Positions 8,941-19,200 of a stretch of 64,000 nucleotides of DNA are shown here, piece after piece (positions within the stretch are counted from its first letter, which is position 1; each line of letters starts with the position of its first letter). Source of the DNA: Candidatus Latescibacterota bacterium (GTDB lineage Bacteria; Latescibacterota; UBA2968; UBA8231); NCBI GenBank assembly GCA_965221775.1, contig CBDCSU010000005.1:928001-992000 (forward strand), in the 5' to 3' direction. The notes beneath the pieces are model-generated. The model had not been told where the DNA came from. It ran no database searches and was given only the letters and a program-made list of their open reading frames with translations. Both the position numbers and the translations under genes were made by a program.

Positions 8941-11900
8941 CGCGTGAAATCACTCCCGGAGTCGAACCAGTTGAGGTAGTTGAACAGCAGGGTCAGGTAG
9001 AGCTTCCAGGGCTCCTTCTCTTCGACCTCGTCGATTCCGTAGGCCAGGTCGATTTCGAGACGGGTGGGCAGACTGTAGAAGGAGACGCCGTCGACCCGCA
9101 ACTGAAGGCCGGCATCGCGCAGCGGCCCCTCGCGTCCGTACATAGGATCGGGGCCGCCGAGATCTTCGTCCCAGGCCTTGCCCAGATCCCCGTACACGGC
9201 CCCGTGCACCCGGTGCAGGTAGAGGAGTCCCAGCCGCTGGCGCAGCCGCGGCAGCAGCGGGAAGCGGAAGGTGGCGTTGGCCATGGCCGCCTTGCGTCCC
9301 TCGATGCTGTAGTAGGTGTAGCCCCGCATGTAGGGGAGGCCCCCTAGGTGGAAGTCGAAGAACCCGCCCACCAACTCGTCGTCGACGCTGTCGGAGAAGA
9401 TCCAGCCGCCGTAGGCGCGCAGGCCCAGGGCGGTGTCGCCCGGCAGGGCGAGGTACTCCCGCCAGTCGAGGGTGAGCTGGTTGTAGAACAGCCTCTTGTA
9501 CTCCTCCTGCAGGAAGGAGATGTTCTCCTCGTCGAAGCCCTCGATGAACCAGTTGTGCATGCGGTCGTAGCGGAGGTAGAGGCGCCGGCCGCCCCGGGGG
9601 TTGATTTCGCGGTCGACGCGCCGGGGCAGGGAGTCGTGCCGGTAGGTCAGGGCCAGGTCGAAGCCGTGGAGATAGGTGTAGCCCACCGGCTTGCCCGGGA
9701 CGCGCTCGAAGCCGGGACGCCCGTCGCGGCGCGGGAAGAGTTGGTCGTTCTCCAGGCTGGCGTCGTAGCGGTCGTAAGCCAGGGAGAGAGCGAGGGAGCT
9801 GGCTCGGTTCAGCTGCCCCCGTGCGCCGAGGGTGAGGCGGTTGAGACTGAAGTTCATGCCCCGGATGAAGAAGTCCCGCGCCTCCGAGCTGTCACCGCGG
9901 GCCGAGTGGCGCTTCAGGTGGATGAAGCTCAGCCGGACGGTGGGCCGGAAACCGCGGAACCGGTACTCGCCGTAGATGTCGCGGTCGCCGTTGCCGGGCG
10001 CCATGGAGAGGCTGCCGAAGATGGACTGGCGGTCGAGGGCGTCGCCCGTGGCCACGTAGGCCCCGACCTTGGCGTAACCCTCGTCGTGGGTGAGCCGCGG
10101 CATGACGGTGGTCCGCAGGATCTCGGTGCCGGAGGAGCGGGCCGCGGCGAGCGGACTCTCCGGGGCCGGCAGGGGCGGCAGGCCGGGTGCGGCCGCCGCG
10201 GCGGCCGGGGGCGTGAAGATGGCGGAGTCCACCGGCTCGGCCCCCGAGCGGTCGATCCGGTAGAGGTGGAAGCCGTCGCCGCCGTAGCCGCTGTAGACCA
10301 CGTCCCCGGCGTCGTTGGCCGTTGGGAAGAAGGCGCCGCCGCGCACGTTGGTGACCTGCTCCACGGCGCCGCTGGTGGGGTCCCGGGCGTAGACGTTGAA
10401 GATCCCGCTCACGTCGGAGACGAAGAGCAGCTCCCCCTCGGGCGACCACGAGGGGTCGCGGTCGGTGCCGGCGGAGGCGATCAGCGGCTGCAGGCGAGGC
10501 GGCACCGGCCCTTCGCCGTTGGGGTCGACCAGGGCGATGTCCCGGCTCCCTCCGCTGCCGTAGGACAGGGCCAGCCAGCGGCCGTCGGGCGACCAGCGGG
10601 GCGTGTAGAGCTGGGTGCCGTCGTCGAACTCGAACAGGTAGCGGACCCCGCTGCCGTCCCGGTCCGCCAGGCCCAGGGCGGCGCCGGCGGGCCCGAGGCG
10701 CACGAAGGCGATGCTCTGTCCGTCGGGCGACACCGCCGGGTAGAGGGCGCGAAGGCCGCGGCTCATCCGCAAGGTGCGCGGGTCCTTCGGCGCGTAGACC
10801 CCGGTGAGGACCGGCAGCGTCCACAGGAGCCGGCCCGGCCAGGACCGCTCCGGCCCGGTGAGGTCGTGCTCGAACAGGTCCGCCCGCCGCGAGCCGTAGC
10901 GGTCGGCCTTCTCCTTGCGGACGAAGAGCAGACTCTCGCCGTCGGGGAACCAGTCCGGCACGGAGGCCACGCCGCCGGCGACGACCTCGTCCTCGCCGCT
11001 GTGGAGGTCGCGCAGGACCAGGAAGTGGGGGCCGTAGCGGCGGCCGAGGGTAGAGAGGTAGGCCAGGCGTGCGCCGTCGGGAGCGTACACGGCGCGCGTG
11101 TTCGAGTGGCCCTTCCCCGTGAGCCGCTCGCCCTCGCGCAACTCTCCGAGGGCCGCCACCTGCGCCTCGTAGCGGGCCGCCATCGAGTCGCGCCAGTCGC
11201 GCCACACCTGGTCCGCCGACCGGCCGGTGACGGCGTGCAGGGGCCCGTCGATGTCCGTGGCGGTCCAGCGTCCCATCTGGTCGCAGATCTCGGCCAGGGA
11301 CGAGTCGCCGTAGGTCGCGGCCAGGTACCTCACGAGGCCGTAGCCGTGGTCGTAGACGAACTCGTTCTCGAAGCCCGGCTTGCCGAAGACGCCCATGTCG
11401 TCGAGAGAGAGCAGGGTGCCGTCGAGGACCGCCGTGCGCAGGACCATGTCGCGGTGGCTGTCCCAACGGTCGTGGCGGACCTCCTCCATCTGGTGCTGGG
11501 CGACGCCCTCGGCGAACCACATGGGCAGCACCGTGTTGGCCAGCGGCACCAGGGCCAGGCGGTCCGGCGCCCCGGTGAGGATGTCGTCGCGCTCGCTCTC
11601 CGGCTTGTAGGCGAAGTACTCCAGGAAGGCGGCGGGCACCCTCTGCGGCCCCTTGCGGGCGGCGCCGAGGGAGACGATGTGGACGAGCTCGTGGGTGATC
11701 ACGTTGCGCAGCCAGTCGGAGGTGCCGCGCAGCTCGTAGTCGTGCTCGAGGGGGGTGATCCAGACCTCGATGGCGTCGTGGTAGAAGAAGGCGGCGCCGT
11801 TGCTGTAGTCGTCGTAGTCCTTGAGGATGATCCGCACGGGGCCGGACGGACGATACCCGTAGAGGCGCGTCACCGGGCCGTAGGCGGCCTCGGCCACCTC

Positions 11901-12065
11901 GGCCGCCTGCCGCGCCGTGAGCTCGAGGCCGTCGTGGTAGAGCACGCGGAAGTGCTCGCTCTCCAGCGTCCGCCAGGTGAGCTCGGGGTGGTTCTGGGCC
12001 GGCGCCGGGGACCCCGCCGCCAGGGCTCCCACCACGATCCAGGCGAGGAAGCCCCGGGCGCTCAC
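8937..12065 (-). CDS. Omp85/BamA-like outer-membrane protein with N-terminal zinc-peptidase-like domain and PD40 (TolB-like) propeller
   Basis: GTG start at 12065 overlaps the upstream TGA (GTGA). Signal peptide; ITHELVH and PMWFAEG; repeated P.WSPDG; C-terminal barrel with LGG..MRGY. The longer 1750-aa ORF is a spurious 5' extension. Confidence 0.75.
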   Translation of the reverse strand: MSARGFLAWIVVGALAAGSPAPAQNHPELTWRTLESEHFRVLYHDGLELTARQAAEVAEAAYGPVTRLYGYRPSGPVRIILKDYDDYSNGAAFFYHDAIEVWITPLEHDYELRGTSDWLRNVITHELVHIVSLGAARKGPQRVPAAFLEYFAYKPESERDDILTGAPDRLALVPLANTVLPMWFAEGVAQHQMEEVRHDRWDSHRDMVLRTAVLDGTLLSLDDMGVFGKPGFENEFVYDHGYGLVRYLAATYGDSSLAEICDQMGRWTATDIDGPLHAVTGRSADQVWRDWRDSMAARYEAQVAALGELREGERLTGKGHSNTRAVYAPDGARLAYLSTLGRRYGPHFLVLRDLHSGEDEVVAGGVASVPDWFPDGESLLFVRKEKADRYGSRRADLFEHDLTGPERSWPGRLLWTLPVLTGVYAPKDPRTLRMSRGLRALYPAVSPDGQSIAFVRLGPAGAALGLADRDGSGVRYLFEFDDGTQLYTPRWSPDGRWLALSYGSGGSRDIALVDPNGEGPVPPRLQPLIASAGTDRDPSWSPEGELLFVSDVSGIFNVYARDPTSGAVEQVTNVRGGAFFPTANDAGDVVYSGYGGDGFHLYRIDRSGAEPVDSAIFTPPAAAAAAPGLPPLPAPESPLAAARSSGTEILRTTVMPRLTHDEGYAKVGAYVATGDALDRQSIFGSLSMAPGNGDRDIYGEYRFRGFRPTVRLSFIHLKRHSARGDSSEARDFFIRGMNFSLNRLTLGARGQLNRASSLALSLAYDRYDASLENDQLFPRRDGRPGFERVPGKPVGYTYLHGFDLALTYRHDSLPRRVDREINPRGGRRLYLRYDRMHNWFIEGFDEENISFLQEEYKRLFYNQLTLDWREYLALPGDTALGLRAYGGWIFSDSVDDELVGGFFDFHLGGLPYMRGYTYYSIEGRKAAMANATFRFPLLPRLRQRLGLLYLHRVHGAVYGDLGKAWDEDLGGPDPMYGREGPLRDAGLQLRVDGVSFYSLPTRLEIDLAYGIDEVEEKEPWKLYLTLLFNYLNWFDSGSDFTR

Positions 12066-15000
12066 CGGCTCACCGCCAGGCGCACGGTGGCCTCGCCGCG
12101 GCTGCCGTCGTCGCCGCGCGCCTCCAGCCGGCAGAGGTAGAGGCCGCTGGCGTAGCCGCGGACCGACCAGGTGATCTCGTTCGCCTCCGCCGCTCTGACC
12201 CCGTCCGCCTCCAGGCGTTCCACCACTTCCCCCATGGCGTCGTGGACCGTGAGGGTGACGCGGGCCGGCCGGGCGACGAAGAACCGCACGTGGGCCGATT
12301 CCTCGCCTCCGGCCGGGTTCGGGTAGCAGTAGGCCCGGGAGGCGGGCAGCAGGTCGAGGTCCTCCGGCGGCGGAGGAGGCTCCACCGCGGAGGGGTGGGT
12401 CCGCTGGCCGGAGGCCGAGCCGCCGGGCTGGGACCAGCCGGTCGGCAGACCCGCGGCAAAGGCCGGGTCCCAGGAGACCGGGCGCCACAGGTTCAGCCCT
12501 TCTCCGTCGCCCACTGCCAGATCCAGACCGCCATCCCCGTCGAAGTCGACCAGGACCGGCGCCGTCGCGGGGATGGCCGGGGAGGCGACGGGGAACCCGG
12601 ACAGGGGCACGGCGCTTCCATCGAGTCCGTGTACGCCGTTGCCGGCGGAGACGAAGATCTCGGGCACGCCGTCGGCGTCCAGGTCTGCCGCCACGACTTC
12701 GCCGAGGAGTGGTCCCGACTCCTGGTGCATCGGCGGCGCCACGGGGAAGCCGGGACTTCGCAGGCCGGCCGCCGACCAGGCGTGCACCGCCTCCGCCGTG
12801 GGGACCAGGATCTCGAGCTGCCCGTCGCCGTCGAGATCGGCGAAGGAGGCAGCCGCCATGTTGGGGGCTCCGGAGGAGACCTGCAGGTCGCCGGCCCCCT
12901 GGCCGAAGCTGCGGAGCCGTCCGTCGCTGTCGGCGAGAACGAGGTCGGCGAGACCGTCGCCGTCGAGGTCGGCCGCCGAGGGCGGCAGCCCGAAGCCGGA
13001 CAGACCGCCGATCGACACGGCGGCCTCCGTCCCGTCGTAGCGGAGCAACTCGCCCGGGCCCAGGACCAGCAGCTCCTCGGCGCCGTCGCCGTCCCTGTCG
13101 GCGGCGGCCATCCCCAGGACCGGGGCCTCGTGAGTGAAGCGCAACTCTCCGGTGGCCGCGTCGAGGACGGACAGGCCCTGGGGCCCGCCCACCGCGAGGA
13201 CCGCGCCCCGGCCGGCGAGATCGGCCGCGTACAGGGCGTGGGAGGGCCGTCCCTCCAGTTGCGTCTCCCAGGCGGGACCGCCGCCGAGAGGCCGGGCCGC
13301 GACCCGACCCGCGGCCGAGCGGGTGAAGAGCAGTCCTTCGGCGGCGGCCAGCAGCACCTCGTCGACGGGTGGCCCGTCCGCCGCGGACGGCGCCAGCACG
13401 CGGACCCCGTCCTCGCCCTCGGCCAGCAGCTCCGGGCGTCCGTCGCCGTCGACGTCCGCGGCCTGCAGCCGGCGCACGCCTGCCAGGGGGCGCGGCCAGC
13501 CGGCGGCGCTGCGGGTGAAGCGGAGACTCACCGACATGCGGTCGTCGAGCCCGGAGAGGACCTCGACCTCCAGGCCGGAGACCAGCCCGGTGTGGGTCAC
13601 GGTGGCCGGAGCCGTGTCCGCGCCGAAGCGGCTGACGCCGGTGATGTCGGGCCCAGGCCCGGGAGCGCGACCGGCGAAGAACGGTGTCCAACGGGTCCCC
13701 TCGACGAACTCCTGGCGGTCGAAGTAGGGGTTGCCGATGTCGCGGGAACCGTCGGCCTCCACCAGCATCAGTCCAGGCCGCTCGCGCTCGTTGTTGATGC
13801 CCTCCGCCGGGGCGGCGGCGATGACGGCCTCGTCCACGTGCCAGATCAGCACACCCGATCCCGGGACGAAGGCGTCGTACTCGTCCGCCTGGAGCCAGAC
13901 TCCGGCGCCGCGGCCGGCGAGGGAATCCGACTCGGCCGCCGTGATCCGGTGCGACAGTTCCGCCTCGCCGGCCTCGATCCAGGCGAACTCGCCCGAGATG
14001 GGCGCCTCGACCCCGGGGGGCAGGTCGTGCTCGGTGAGGCCCCGCTGCTGGCGGTTCTCCAGGAGCAGGTACTCCGTCGGCGACAGGGGGACGCGCACAG
14101 CGTGGACCTCCCCGCCGCCATCCGCCGGCCGGTCCCCGGCGAGGATCTGCACGACCGTGTCGCGGCGAACCTCCAGGGGCTCGATCCACCCGAGGCGGGC
14201 CTTGCTCCAGGCCATGGGATGGGGGGGCACCATGCCGACGACGAACTCCAGCTTGTCCCCGACGCGGACGAAGCCGCTGCGGTTGACTCCCACGTCCATC
14301 AGGCTCCAGCCGCCGACGGCGGGCAGCCCGCGCGCGAAGTTCGACAGGCCGGGCAGGCCGAGCTGATGGCCGAAGAACTTGGCCAGGAGACCGTTGAGCC
14401 CCCCAACCCCTCTGAAGTCGACGGCCTCCGGCAGGATCCAGGCCTCGCGGATCACCGCCCCGCCCGCCTCCACCGGCCCGCCGTGCTCGTCCAGGTCTTC
14501 AGGCCGCAGGAAGACGGAACGGATGTCGTTCAGCTGGCCGGTCTCGTGGCCGCGGCCGGCGTGGATGATCAGATAGCTGTTGAAGGCGGCGAAGTCGGGT
14601 CCGTCGGGATCGGCGGCGGCCAGGTCGACGGCGTCGACGATCAGCTCGCGCCAGAGACGGCCGATCTCCTCGGGCGAGCGGCCGTTGCCGTACGACAGGG
14701 CCGATCTGGGCAGGGTGTAGGCCTCCTCGAGAGCGCTGGGATAGACGCTGGACTCGATGCGCACCCGGCCCTGGGAGACGACGTCGTAGTAGCGGGCCAG
14801 CGCCTCGAGGTGGTGCTCGAAGTGGACCCGGTCGTGAGGCGGGGTGTCGTACGGCTGCGTGTAGTCGGGAAGGGCCTCGGCCAGGCTGCGCAGGTCGAAG
14901 CCGCCGCGCCCGGTGGTGGTCGGCTCGTCGGGCTCCTCGACAGGGAAGTCGACGCGCAGGGCCAGAATGCGCCAGTCCTCGACCTTCTGGGCTCCACTGG

Positions 15001-15118
15001 GAACCGCCAGGAGAAGAGGGACGATCCGGCACAGGAGCGAAGTCAGCTGCCGGGCGCACGAACCCGCCCGGCGGCCGAGACGCCCTTCGGGTGTCCGCCG
15101 GCCGCGCTTTGGCTTCAG
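12062..15118 (-). CDS. M6 (immune inhibitor A)-like protein with degenerate zinc motif, FG-GAP repeats and C-terminal T9SS-CTD-like domain (start uncertain)
   Basis: ILALRVDFP, IIHAG, GHQLGLP, WSLMD, PPHPMAWSKARLGW, EYLLLENRQ, GVLIWHVDE, several D.DGDG repeats, YCYPNP tail. No ATG near the signal-like segment; CTG 15118 or 15046 are candidates. Confidence 0.75.
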   Translation of the reverse strand: MKPKRGRRTPEGRLGRRAGSCARQLTSLLCRIVPLLLAVPSGAQKVEDWRILALRVDFPVEEPDEPTTTGRGGFDLRSLAEALPDYTQPYDTPPHDRVHFEHHLEALARYYDVVSQGRVRIESSVYPSALEEAYTLPRSALSYGNGRSPEEIGRLWRELIVDAVDLAAADPDGPDFAAFNSYLIIHAGRGHETGQLNDIRSVFLRPEDLDEHGGPVEAGGAVIREAWILPEAVDFRGVGGLNGLLAKFFGHQLGLPGLSNFARGLPAVGGWSLMDVGVNRSGFVRVGDKLEFVVGMVPPHPMAWSKARLGWIEPLEVRRDTVVQILAGDRPADGGGEVHAVRVPLSPTEYLLLENRQQRGLTEHDLPPGVEAPISGEFAWIEAGEAELSHRITAAESDSLAGRGAGVWLQADEYDAFVPGSGVLIWHVDEAVIAAAPAEGINNERERPGLMLVEADGSRDIGNPYFDRQEFVEGTRWTPFFAGRAPGPGPDITGVSRFGADTAPATVTHTGLVSGLEVEVLSGLDDRMSVSLRFTRSAAGWPRPLAGVRRLQAADVDGDGRPELLAEGEDGVRVLAPSAADGPPVDEVLLAAAEGLLFTRSAAGRVAARPLGGGPAWETQLEGRPSHALYAADLAGRGAVLAVGGPQGLSVLDAATGELRFTHEAPVLGMAAADRDGDGAEELLVLGPGELLRYDGTEAAVSIGGLSGFGLPPSAADLDGDGLADLVLADSDGRLRSFGQGAGDLQVSSGAPNMAAASFADLDGDGQLEILVPTAEAVHAWSAAGLRSPGFPVAPPMHQESGPLLGEVVAADLDADGVPEIFVSAGNGVHGLDGSAVPLSGFPVASPAIPATAPVLVDFDGDGGLDLAVGDGEGLNLWRPVSWDPAFAAGLPTGWSQPGGSASGQRTHPSAVEPPPPPEDLDLLPASRAYCYPNPAGGEESAHVRFFVARPARVTLTVHDAMGEVVERLEADGVRAAEANEITWSVRGYASGLYLCRLEARGDDGSRGEATVRLAVSR

Positions 15119-16170
15119 AAGTACAGGTTCAGCGAGAATCGCGTGCTGTCCTGGAGGGGCGTGTCTTCGCCGGTCACGTAGGCCACGTCGACCTGCAGCA
15201 TGGTGTACTTGAGGCCCAGGCCGAAGGTCGGGGACTGGAGCTCGCCGTCGTAGTCGAGGGAGTACCCGGCGCGCAGGGCCAGGAAGGACTCGTCCTTGAC
15301 CGCGGAGAGGCCGTAGCGGTACTCGCCGCCGGCGTGTAGATCCATCTCCTTGAACTCGTTGCCCAGGGGCTCGTCGACCCAGGCGGTGACCAGGCTCTGG
15401 GCGAAGTGCCCGTCGTCGATGAGAGGCTTGTACACGTCGGCCGACAGCAGCACGCTGTGGTACTCCGTCTCCATGAGGTCGTAGGCGGCGCCGACGACGA
15501 TGTGCTGGGGCAGGGGGTCGGCCTGCCGCGGGTCGATGTAGTTGATCTTGGGCCCGAGGTTGCGCAGCGCCGCACCGAAGGTCAGGGCCGGGGTGGCGCG
15601 CCACAGGAGCCCGAGATCGGCCGCGAAGCTGCTGCCCGTGCCCTTGCCGCGCTCGATCCCGGCGCCCTGGTCGGCCAGGTGGCTGCGGATGAACTTGAGC
15701 CCGATCCCCGCGGCGAGGTTGTCGCCGACGTCGGCGCCGTAGGCCCCGGAGAAGGCGAGATCATAGCTGGAGAACGTGCCCAGCACCTCGCTTCGCTCCC
15801 CGGTGCGGATCTGCTCGCCCAGATTCATCAGGGTGCCGTGGAGGCCGACGTTCCCCCAGCCCTCGAGGGGCTGCGAATAGGCCAGGAACTCGTAGGACAT
15901 GTCGTCGGCCAGGCCGGGGAGCCACTTCTGGTGGGTGAAGTTGAGCTTGCGTTGCCCCTGCCCGGCCAGCGCTGCCGGGTTGAAGTAGGTCGCCGTGGCG
16001 TCGTCGGCGATGGCCACGTAGGTCTCCCCCATGCCGCTGGCGCGGGCCCCGGGCTTGATGAGCAGGAACAGCACCGCGGCCCGGCTCTCGGGGGTGGCCG
16101 AGACGCGTTCGGTCGTACTTGCCAGGCAGGCCAGCGCCGCCAGGGCGGCGATCATCCGTCGAGTCGTCAC
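15115..16170 (-). CDS. porV: Type IX secretion shuttle PorV-family protein
   Basis: AVLFLLIKPGARASGMG...DDATATYFNPAAL, KWLPGLADDM, C-terminal RFSLNLYF; GGAGG RBS before GTG 16170; directly downstream of porU. Confidence 0.85.
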   Translation of the reverse strand: MTTRRMIAALAALACLASTTERVSATPESRAAVLFLLIKPGARASGMGETYVAIADDATATYFNPAALAGQGQRKLNFTHQKWLPGLADDMSYEFLAYSQPLEGWGNVGLHGTLMNLGEQIRTGERSEVLGTFSSYDLAFSGAYGADVGDNLAAGIGLKFIRSHLADQGAGIERGKGTGSSFAADLGLLWRATPALTFGAALRNLGPKINYIDPRQADPLPQHIVVGAAYDLMETEYHSVLLSADVYKPLIDDGHFAQSLVTAWVDEPLGNEFKEMDLHAGGEYRYGLSAVKDESFLALRAGYSLDYDGELQSPTFGLGLKYTMLQVDVAYVTGEDTPLQDSTRFSLNLYF

Positions 16171-16255
16171 TTTCGGTCGTCCTCCGGTTCGGTGCGCCGG
16201 ATCCGCCCGGGCACCGCAGAAATGAAGATAACCCTCCGAGCCGGGAGCCGCGTAT

Positions 16256-19200
16256 TCAGGGCGCCACCTGGATCCGCCCGTCGGCCTCCCGGGGAGACCC
16301 CTCGCCGAGGCGGGCGGAGACTCGGAACAGGTAGGTTCCACCCGCCAGCTCCGGGGGGGACCAGGGAACCTGGTTGAATCCCTCCTCCACCCCTCCCTCG
16401 AGGCGGTCCACCTCTCGTCCCGAGAGGGCGTAGACCCGAATGTCGACGCTCTCGGCCGGAGCGGCCAGGACATAGGTGAAGTGCCCACTGCCGTCGGAGG
16501 TCGGGTTCGGATGGAACAGGACCTCGTCGAGGGCCGTATCCGCCCCCTCGGTCACCACCAGGTCGGCCTCGGCGATGGAAGAGTTGTTGAAGGCGTCCCA
16601 GGCCTTGAGACGGACGGTGTGGTCTCCGGGTTCCAACTCCCCCAGGGGATACTCCAGGATTCCCTGGCGGTGGTCGCCCAGACTCGTGTAGAACCGGGTG
16701 ACCGCGGTCACGGCCTCGTCGACCCACAGCTCGATCTCGTGGCCCGTCTCGCCGGTGATGTTGATGCCGCTCGGATCCGCCAGGCGGGCGGCGAGGACCG
16801 GACGACGCGAGATCCGGTCTCCGCTGCGGAACCGGGGCTTGCCGGCGAAGGCCAGCTCGATGACCGGACCCTCCTCGTCCGCCACCACGTCCGAGGCGGT
16901 ACCCGACAGGGCCAGACCGGAGCGAGCCCCGAAGGCCGGCGGCGCCCCGTTGGAGCTCGTCACGTAGGCGCTCGCCCGACCCTGCGAGGCCCGGTAGGTG
17001 ATGTCCTTGGGGATGCGCAGCCGGGTTTGAAAGCGGCCTCCCTCGACCGGCACGAGGCCCCGGAACAGGGGCGCACCAAGTTTCTCGTACGAGATCCCCT
17101 CGATCAGGCTCTGCGCCGAGGAGTCGAAGAGCCGCACGAGGGCATGGCCTTCGTGGTCCGTCTTCGGCCGGCCCTCGGCGTCGACGACGGTGCCCCTCAC
17201 CTCCAGTTCCATCAGGGCCTCCATCGAGTCGGGCAGGTCGAGGGCCACGCCTACTCGGGGCCGAGCCAGGCGCTGCGCCGCGTCCCCGAAGAGGGAGTAG
17301 CGCTGGATGTTGGTGCGCCACAGGTCGCTCACGTGGACCTGCTTGGCCTCCATCAGGGCCAACCCCAGGGGCACGTGTTCCCTGCCGCTGTGGTACATCT
17401 GGTGGTGGAACTGGAGAGCCAGCACCATGTTGCTGCTGTGGTAGCCGACACGAGTGGCCGAGATGAAACCGATCACCCCGCGGTCGGGCATCTTCAGGAA
17501 GGCCTCGGGCATCGAGTCCTGCGCCGGGTCGTCGAAGACCCCCACGGCGCTCGCCGCGGTGTAGACGAAGGGCAGCCGGCCGCCGTTGTCGATGCGCCCC
17601 ACGTCGCGGTTGAGCAGGAAGAGGTGCTCGTGGGCCAGGACCTCGGGGTGGCCGTGCCCGATGTAGGTCAGGATCAGCGCGCCCTCGTTGAAGAGGCGCA
17701 GGAACTCCTCCCTGGCCTGGGGCTTGGTGCGGCCTTCGAGAGGGTATGCGCCGATGTAGAACTTGGTCATGTCGAGGTCACTCGGCATGCCGTTTCGGGC
17801 AACCCTCTCCGCGTCGTGGACGAAGAAGCTCTCCTTGCGCTGCGGAAACTCGGGGTTCGAGACATCGTCGGCCACGAGCAGGATCCGGGTCTGCCAGGGC
17901 CCCGGCTCGGGTGTCTGGTCGTAGCGCAGGATCTTGTCCACCACCCCGTCGGCCTCGGCGGCGGACTGCACCGGAATGCGGGAGACCGCCAGGTCGGGGA
18001 TCCTGTCAATGCCCTCCACCCTGGCGTACCACTCGTCGTAGGTGCTCGGGCCGTCCTGGAAGGGGGGGATCCAGTTCGTGTGACTGAGGCCGGAGTTGTT
18101 CTTGTAGTCGTAGGTCCCGTCGCCCAGGAGAGTGACGTACACGGGCGGGACCGGCCATCTGCGGACGGCCTGGGCCAGGAAGATCCGGATCGCCGCCGGG
18201 TCCAGCAGCCCCCCGGAGAACTCGTCGTAGATATCCTGCACGTCCACGACCATGGTCTTCAAGGGCGGGCCGAAACGGTCGTCCTCGGCGCGCCAGTCGG
18301 CCAGCCGCCGCGCGGCCGAGGCGAACTCGGCATGGGTGATGATCACGTACTCGGCACCCTCCGGACCGCGGGGAGTCTGCACGTCCCTCACCACCGCCGC
18401 CGGGCGCTTCCACCGTCCTGGTTGAAGGGCGATGTATCTGCGCGGCTGCGGCCTGGCAGCCCAGTCCCGGAAGGTCAGCACGCCGTCGGCGGCGTGCTCC
18501 AGGCCCCCCAGCTCCCGCATGCCCCTGGAGACCTCGAAGACCCTGGGCGCACCGTCGGCCGCGGGGAACCCTTCCACCCGGAACTCCAGCACCGACCCGG
18601 CCTGGGCATTTCCCCCGGCCCCGTCCCCCCGGCCCGGTCCGTTGAACCGGATCTCTCCGCCCAGGGCCTTCAGGCGGCGGACATACTCCACCTCGTACCA
18701 GTCCAGTCGAATGGGGGCCGAGGACCGGTGAAACAGCCCCAGCTGGTTGAGCCCCTCCTGGGCTTCATCCGCGCGTACCTCGATCGTGTGCGGTCTGGAT
18801 GTCCTGAAGGAGAACCGGCCCAGGTTGTCGCCGTTCCAGCGCAGCTCGAAGGCCTGGGAGGTGTTCTTGGACCCCTTGAAGTGCACCCTAGCGAGGACGG
18901 GGATCTCCGGCAGCGCGTCGTCGACGACGAAGGTGAAGTTGCGGGCGTTGCCTGCGAACTCTTCCCAGAACCACTCGTACCCCGAACTGGCCCCATTCAA
19001 CTGAAAGGCGATCAGGTGATCGTCCTCCTCGTGGAGACGCACCCGGTAGCGGTCGACGACTGCGAAGGGAGCACCGCCGGGGCCGGATCCCTCGCTGGCA
19101 CGGAGACCGTCCACGTCACCGTAGAGGTCGATCCAGTACACGTTGTCCTTCGTGTAGGGGTTCTTCTGCCAGACGAAGCCGGGGCCGGTTTTCCACACCC

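Noticed and set aside
12066-14189. N-terminal 700 aa of the 1750-aa ORF, suggesting a giant fusion
   Set aside because: Arg/Gly/Pro-rich off-frame read-through of the M6-like gene; the real protein starts at GTG 12065 with a signal peptide.
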